DNA of 64,000 nt from IMG/VR virus record IMGVR_UViG_3300014208_000032, positions 1-64,000 of that record; one strand, written 5' to 3'. Every line of letters begins with the position of its first letter. The first letter of the stretch is position 1. The DNA comes from a virus. A program made the position numbers and the translations under genes. Below are positions 58,571-64,000 of this stretch, piece after piece. Below the pieces are notes generated by a model. The model worked only from the letters and a program-made list of their open reading frames with translations, was not told the origin of the DNA and made no database searches.

Positions 58571-58996
58571 ATGAACATATTAGAATTGGCAAAACAAAAA
58601 CAGGATAGTATTGATGACAAAAGATTAAAAATTATTAAAGAAAGAGAAGAGGAAGAACAAAAAGAGAGAAATGATTGTAATATTTTTTTTGAAAAAACAT
58701 TGAAGATATTAAAAGAACTTGAAATAGATGCAGTAAGTCCAAATAATTATTGGGAAGGTATAAATATATCGCTAACAAAAGATATAGATATTAAAATAGG
58801 TGTTATTAGTAGTAGCTATATAACGATTAGATCTTATTTAAAAGAATTTCATTATAATTATGATGTAGAAACAAATTTTGTTTACATAAAACCAAATGCG
58901 GAAGGTTTTATAGACGAAAGTAATAAAAGAATAATTCAATATAGTGCTGAATTTTTGGAAAAAGTGTTTAAAAAATTAATTTCTGACTATAATTAA
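58571..58996 (+). CDS. Hypothetical protein
   Basis: 141-aa ORF, last of the plus-strand island. Confidence 0.6.
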   Translation: MNILELAKQKQDSIDDKRLKIIKEREEEEQKERNDCNIFFEKTLKILKELEIDAVSPNNYWEGINISLTKDIDIKIGVISSSYITIRSYLKEFHYNYDVETNFVYIKPNAEGFIDESNKRIIQYSAEFLEKVFKKLISDYN

Positions 58997-59547
58997 CTAG
59001 TTATTTTTTTTCTTTTCTTAATCTTATCTCTTATTTTTCTAAATAAAGCAATACCAGCGGCGAGAGCAAGCGTTCCGCCGCCAATAGCAGTAGCAACTCC
59101 TGTGTCAAACATCATAGGAGAACTATTATTATTGGGTATTCCACCAGAAGCAATAGTTTCCAACCTAGAAAGAGTTGCGTCAGGAAAGTCCCATCCGTTG
59201 TTTTCTGCACCTTTAATCTTGCTAATATATTTATCCAATTCTTTTGTTAATTCGTTTTTATCAACATAAGTTTTATCCAATCCTTCAATATTTCTAACTG
59301 CACCACTTCTCATAATTCCAATATCAAATGGTAAAAAACTTTCATAAAAATCTTTAGTAAAATTATTCTTAATATATTCAGCAAAATTGTTATCATTTTT
59401 TACAATCTCTGCAATTTTATCTTTTGAAAACGTAAACAAATTAAGAAACAACAAATCACTTTCAATGTCAAAATTGTTTGTATTAACATAACTCTCGTTA
59501 AGAGTTCTTCCCTCAATTCTTAAAAGGATTTGTTGTTTATAATTCAT
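58993..59547 (-). CDS. Hypothetical protein with C-terminal Gly/Ala TM (tag ends TLNE)
   Basis: 'GVATAIGGGTLALAAGIALF' followed by basic tail. Confidence 0.6.
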   Translation of the reverse strand: MNYKQQILLRIEGRTLNESYVNTNNFDIESDLLFLNLFTFSKDKIAEIVKNDNNFAEYIKNNFTKDFYESFLPFDIGIMRSGAVRNIEGLDKTYVDKNELTKELDKYISKIKGAENNGWDFPDATLSRLETIASGGIPNNNSSPMMFDTGVATAIGGGTLALAAGIALFRKIRDKIKKRKKITS

Positions 59548-62165
59548 TATATTTTCTCCGTCACTGTCATTTCTTTTTCTTTAATAGAAGCAATATCTGC
59601 ATCTGTTAAATTGCCAGAGATTATCCAATTCTTATCTGGTGCATTAAATCTTGCTTTGTAAATATTTTTCAACCAATCTTTATTAGGAAATGTTTTCCCA
59701 CCAATTAAATAGGTTTTATTAGCAGATTTTACTTCAGCAATATTCTTAGCAGCATTAGAAACAGCAGATTGAGCTGCTACTTTTGGAATTTCTTTGTCAG
59801 GAGCTGGTTCAAATTTCTTCATATTCATTTCATAAGAAGCATCAGTTTCTTTATATGTAGGAGTAGATCCTTTAAGAACTTCTTGAAGTTTCTTGTTAAC
59901 AATAGCAACAATTCTTTTGATAATAACTTTAGGAACAGCAGACAATACATCTTTAATTTCAGTTTTTGGTAGATTTTTTGCTTTAATGTCTTCAAGTTGT
60001 TTTTTAAGTGGTTCGACATTAATTCCTCTTGCTTCTAATTTTTTAATTCTAACTTCCATATCTTTTTCTTTGTCAGATATTTGTCTCACGTTTTTAGGGG
60101 CAAGAGTTGGCATAGACAATTTAGAAATTGTAACAATTGGTTTGTGTCCACCAACTTGTTTTTCAACCTTCTCAATACCAAAATCAAATAAAGTTTTATC
60201 ATAACCATATTTACTATGAATATCTCTAATTTCTTTAGAAGTATCACTTTTTATTTCTTGAATAGCTTGTTTACCAATTTCTACTAAATTAATTCTACTG
60301 GCAGTTTCTTTATCAAGATCACTATTAACAGCAAATTGAATCATATCATTCCAACTTCTAAAATAGACAGGAAATCTTCCAAATTCTTTATCCTTCAATA
60401 CAGGAGGAAGAAATCTGTTCATATCTTTAGGACTTTCTGCCCCCATTAATACAGAAGAAACCTTAACCATATTGGAAGTTTCAGGGTTCATTTGTTTTTC
60501 AATCTGCCCTTTTAATTTTTCTCTTCCAGTTGCTATCTCTGCTTTATAACTAGACGCATCATTTGCATCATTTCTTCTTCCAGCTTTATCAATAAAATTA
60601 AGATCTTTCTTTCTTGCTTGAAGAGCTTCTTTCATTCCTTTTAAATCTTTGGCATAAAGAGGTTTAGTAAATTCTTTTATCTTATAATCTTCCCAGCCAG
60701 ATTTATTTGCAAGAGTTTCGATTTCTTTAGATTTAGATTGCCAATTTCCTGATAAAAGTTTCTCAATATCTGTAATAACTTTTTCTTCATGAAATGTAGA
60801 ACCTTGTAGAGCTTTTCTTTTTGTTGTTTTTGATAATTTAGAAAGTGATTCTGCATCCCTGTTTTTATAGAAAGAAGATTCAGCTTTAATTAATTCTTGT
60901 CCTTTTTTAGAAAACATTGTATTAAGAAAACTAATCAAGGTTGGTTTAGCATTTCTAATGAGATATTCTGTTATTCCAGTAGTTCTTGTGTTGGCAGATC
61001 CGTGAACCATGTCTGGCTTAATCATTTTGGAAATAATAGAATTAGATATATGAGCAAAGTTTTCTTTAATACTATCATCCATTTTCACAAGTTTTTCAAG
61101 AGAAGTAAAATCTGCACTATCAACTCTTTTCAAATCAGATATAAATTTTTGATCAGCAATATTTTGTGTATGAAATGTAGCAAGTCGAGATGTGTCTGAT
61201 TTATAAACTTGCTTCATGTCTTTAGAATGTTTGAAATAATCATTAGTAATTTTAGCTAGGTTGTTTACTTGTTGAGGAGTGGCAGTATATTTCTTTTGTT
61301 CTAAAAACTTATTAATAGCTTCTTGAACACTTTCTTTTCCTTCTACTGCTTTAATAAACTCATCAAAAAGCCTATCATAAACCTCTCTATTCCTCATAGA
61401 AGTATCAATTGGTCTTGTATTATAATCAGTTGATCTTGCATAATCTTTTTCAATATTATTTAGTTCGGTATATTTTAAAGCTTTAAGCATTTCAATTTTT
61501 TTATCAAAAGATTTCTCTTCATAAACTTTTTTCAATTCTGCATATAATTGATCTTTTTTTAAACTTCTATCAAAATTAGCAGTAAGATCAGACATTCCAA
61601 CAGGAGATCCGCCACCAGCAATGCTTCTTAAATCTTTTCTTAAATCATTATACATACTTACAAGAGCAGATTTGTATTTTTGATTTTTACCTTTTATGAC
61701 ATCAAGTTTTCCTTGGGTTTGTTTTCCAAGAACTCCCTTGATATCAAAAATCTCATCAAGTTTATTTTGAATTACTTTTCTAATAGCAGAGGAAGAAGAA
61801 TCCGATCCATGTCTTACAGATCCGATAGATTGTTTAATGTCTTTCTTTTCGTGGTGGTCAGAAACCCAATAATCTTTATTACCAAGAACTTTATCTGTTT
61901 CATCTCCAAAATCTCCAAAATCAACAACAACACCTTTTTGCCCTTTTTTTAAATTCCAAACATCTTTAGCGTTTGCTCCATATTGAACAGGGACTAGAAC
62001 AATTTGTTCTGGCTTAACTCCTTGCTTGAGTAATTGATTGTAAGCCATAGTGGCAGAAGAAATTCCGTCTAAATCAGTGTGATGGAGTAATTTTATTGAT
62101 TTCTCTGTTCCTTTTTTTCCTAAGTTAATACCACTTTCTGTTATGTATTCTTTAAAACTTTTCAT
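59547..62165 (-). CDS. DHH-family phosphoesterase with large insertions (MKSFKEYITE tag)
   Basis: 'HHTDLDGISS', 'VVVDFG', 'SDHH', DHHA1-like 'GGH'. Confidence 0.75.
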   Translation of the reverse strand: MKSFKEYITESGINLGKKGTEKSIKLLHHTDLDGISSATMAYNQLLKQGVKPEQIVLVPVQYGANAKDVWNLKKGQKGVVVDFGDFGDETDKVLGNKDYWVSDHHEKKDIKQSIGSVRHGSDSSSSAIRKVIQNKLDEIFDIKGVLGKQTQGKLDVIKGKNQKYKSALVSMYNDLRKDLRSIAGGGSPVGMSDLTANFDRSLKKDQLYAELKKVYEEKSFDKKIEMLKALKYTELNNIEKDYARSTDYNTRPIDTSMRNREVYDRLFDEFIKAVEGKESVQEAINKFLEQKKYTATPQQVNNLAKITNDYFKHSKDMKQVYKSDTSRLATFHTQNIADQKFISDLKRVDSADFTSLEKLVKMDDSIKENFAHISNSIISKMIKPDMVHGSANTRTTGITEYLIRNAKPTLISFLNTMFSKKGQELIKAESSFYKNRDAESLSKLSKTTKRKALQGSTFHEEKVITDIEKLLSGNWQSKSKEIETLANKSGWEDYKIKEFTKPLYAKDLKGMKEALQARKKDLNFIDKAGRRNDANDASSYKAEIATGREKLKGQIEKQMNPETSNMVKVSSVLMGAESPKDMNRFLPPVLKDKEFGRFPVYFRSWNDMIQFAVNSDLDKETASRINLVEIGKQAIQEIKSDTSKEIRDIHSKYGYDKTLFDFGIEKVEKQVGGHKPIVTISKLSMPTLAPKNVRQISDKEKDMEVRIKKLEARGINVEPLKKQLEDIKAKNLPKTEIKDVLSAVPKVIIKRIVAIVNKKLQEVLKGSTPTYKETDASYEMNMKKFEPAPDKEIPKVAAQSAVSNAAKNIAEVKSANKTYLIGGKTFPNKDWLKNIYKARFNAPDKNWIISGNLTDADIASIKEKEMTVTEKI

Positions 62166-62190
62166 TATTTTCCCTTTTATTATATTAACT

Positions 62191-62565
62191 TTATTCGCTA
62201 CTATAAACTACAAATTTCTTTTTATCTTTCTCGTCTATGAAATCAATATTGTTTATTTTTTTAAATCCAATTGAATTATGTAAATTTATACTTCTATCAT
62301 TATCATTACTAATTACAGAATAAAATAATCCAAATTTTTTCTTAGCTTCTAATAAAACTAATTTTGCTAATCCTTGTCTTCTAAATTCTTTATCTATTTG
62401 TATAAATATTTCCTTCTTGTTTTTTAAGACATCATTAGTCAATATATCAAAATAACCAATTATTTTATTGTCATAGATAATATCATAATTATCTCTATCT
62501 TTTTCTTTCTTTGTTAGTTTAAATATTATTGTTTTATTTTCATTCAATAAATCAAATAGTTTCAT
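62191..62565 (-). CDS. GNAT acetyltransferase (start MKLFDLLNE at 62565)
   Basis: 'EFRRQGLAK' acetyl-CoA motif A, 'N.RSINLH..IGF'. Confidence 0.8.
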   Translation of the reverse strand: MKLFDLLNENKTIIFKLTKKEKDRDNYDIIYDNKIIGYFDILTNDVLKNKKEIFIQIDKEFRRQGLAKLVLLEAKKKFGLFYSVISNDNDRSINLHNSIGFKKINNIDFIDEKDKKKFVVYSSE

Positions 62566-62580
62566 GTAATTATCTTTGCC

Positions 62581-62619
62581 AAAAAAAATCCAAGACAAAT
62601 TTTACTTCATCTTGGATTT
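62581..62619 (-). terminator. Terminator
   Basis: AAATCCAAGA...TCTTGGATTT with T-tract. Confidence 0.55.
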
Positions 62620-62639
62620 AATTTTAAAAATTATTTAGA

Positions 62640-63263
62640 TTAAAAAATAGAACAAATGATAAGAAACAAACCAGTATAATAAGTTGGCATTATAAGATAT
62701 TGATAAGCATTCTTAAAAGGCCAATTTGGATTAAACAACTGATGAGCAATTACACTGTCGCTGATATAAAGCAACGAAGTTCCAATAACAATCATCCAAT
62801 TTCCGGTTAGTATTGCCATTGATACTAAAAATACCTGTGCCAATAAATAAACAGCAATAGGAATTGTTTTATCTCCAGCTTTTAAAAATAAAAATTGAAA
62901 GATTGAAAACCCAATCAAAGTAATAAGAGGAATAATAATCATTTCGTTAATAATTAAAGTTTTAAATAAAAATGAAACTCCAAACAAAACATATCCAATC
63001 AGAAAAGATAATGCTCCATAAATAAATACTTCATCTTTCCCTAAATAAGAAAGAAAGTAATCACCTATTACAGAAAGTAAAAATCCAACTGAAAGAATTA
63101 CCATCCCAATTGAGGGAAATAAAATTGTTCCAACAATAGAAAGACCAAAAAACAATCCAGTTGATGTAAGTTTTACCAACCCTGCTTTTAAATTATTTTG
63201 AACCGCCAACTCCATTCCAATTAATCCAACAACAAGAGCTACTAATCCTAATGCTATAAACAT
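62640..63263 (-). CDS. YhhN/lysoplasmalogenase-family membrane protein
   Basis: 'LVK', 'SVIGDYFL', 'G..SFLIG', 'YISDSVIA', 'IMPTYY' with ~8 TM. Confidence 0.75.
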   Translation of the reverse strand: MFIALGLVALVVGLIGMELAVQNNLKAGLVKLTSTGLFFGLSIVGTILFPSIGMVILSVGFLLSVIGDYFLSYLGKDEVFIYGALSFLIGYVLFGVSFLFKTLIINEMIIIPLITLIGFSIFQFLFLKAGDKTIPIAVYLLAQVFLVSMAILTGNWMIVIGTSLLYISDSVIAHQLFNPNWPFKNAYQYLIMPTYYTGLFLIICSIF

Positions 63264-63406
63264 TTGTTCTCCTTATTTTGTGCTTTTTTTCTCAATAATA
63301 TAACATCAACCAATAAAGACAACCTCAAAAGAGTTTTCTCGTCTCTAGTTTTTTCAAACTTCTTTACAAAATAAGCAATATCTTCAATATCAACATCGAC
63401 CATTTG

Positions 63407-63832
63407 TTAATTCTCCTTATATTCTTTTTTTTCTTCAAATCCTAAATCAAGAACTTTATTAATTCTGTTTTTTAAACTCACTCTGTTATCATTATATTCT
63501 CTAATAAGAATGGCAAATCTTCCAACGTCATCTAAATTAACTTCTGTTCTGATTTTATCTTCCAAGTCCCACTGAGATTTATTAGAAGATGACAGTGTAT
63601 CGTAAATTACACTTATTTTTGGCATATATTCTTTTAAAAATATAAACAATTCGCTGTATTCATAATCTACTTTCAATCCTTTATTTTTCTTTATTTCAAG
63701 AATAGAAAGTTTATCAAACAATTCTCCAGGAGACACGAAATCAAATAAACGATCTTTGGGAACATATTGTCTATAAGGAATATCACTTCCATCTAAGTTT
63801 GTTGTCCTACAATAAGTAAAAGTAGATTCCAT
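63407..63832 (-). CDS. DUF6165-like protein
   Basis: 'VSPGELFDKLSILEIK', 'WDLEDKIR', 'ND.R..LKN.IN','EEK.Y'. Confidence 0.65.
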   Translation of the reverse strand: MESTFTYCRTTNLDGSDIPYRQYVPKDRLFDFVSPGELFDKLSILEIKKNKGLKVDYEYSELFIFLKEYMPKISVIYDTLSSSNKSQWDLEDKIRTEVNLDDVGRFAILIREYNDNRVSLKNRINKVLDLGFEEKKEYKEN

Positions 63833-64000
63833 TATTTTCCTCCAAGGATTGTATCAAGATTTTCCATAATTAATTTAGGGATTACTTTAATACATTCTGG
63901 TTTTTTGCAAGTCCAAACATTTCCCTTACTAACAAAATCAGAAGAATGTCTAAAATAAGGGCGAGAACAATGCAAATCATGAAATGGACAAGAGTTAGTA
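63832..64000 (-). CDS. C-terminal fragment of a Cys-rich protein (runs off the window)
   Basis: Open frame '...CPFHDLHC...CKKPECIK..ILGGK*' coupled by TAATG. Confidence 0.4.
   Translation of the reverse strand, partial: TNSCPFHDLHCSRPYFRHSSDFVSKGNVWTCKKPECIKVIPKLIMENLDTILGGK

Noticed and set aside
1-64000. Alternative genetic code (TAG/TGA recoding)
   Set aside because: Core genes are full length under code 11
1-64000. tRNA or rRNA genes
   Set aside because: No cloverleaf or T-loop signature noticed in the short intergenic spaces; a tRNAscan run would be needed to exclude them

Overview
AT-rich (roughly 27-30% GC by eye) segment of a large T4-like or jumbo myophage genome, read in the standard code. 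1-33 kb (mostly minus strand) is the late structural module: tail sheath, tail terminator, neck proteins, a capsid paralog, major capsid protein, scaffold, an intein-containing prohead protease, portal, large terminase and a gp55-like late sigma factor. It is interrupted by dTMP kinase, a wHTH replication-initiator-like gene and two tandem free-standing endonuclease-like genes. 34-40 kb holds a probable lysis cassette with a fully overlapping dual-frame gene pair and an unusual operon of a solute-binding lipoprotein and three membrane proteins. 40-53 kb holds tail fibres, a PD-(D/E)xK nuclease, a nucleotidyltransferase and an SLT. A stand-alone tnpB follows, then a plus-strand island of small genes, and DHH, GNAT and YhhN genes. 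Cross-cutting patterns read from the sequence: (i) a late-promoter-like box AAGWTAAT, often exactly 3 nt before an ATG (leaderless genes); (ii) about 15 proteins, many of them enzymes, with a T4 internal-protein-like N-terminal tag (MKSFKEFLNE-type); (iii) a predicted TnpB guide that is the late promoter itself; (iv) a duplicated ~80-bp ori-like palindromic element 36.5 kb apart. Family assignments rest on motif recognition only; no database searches were run.
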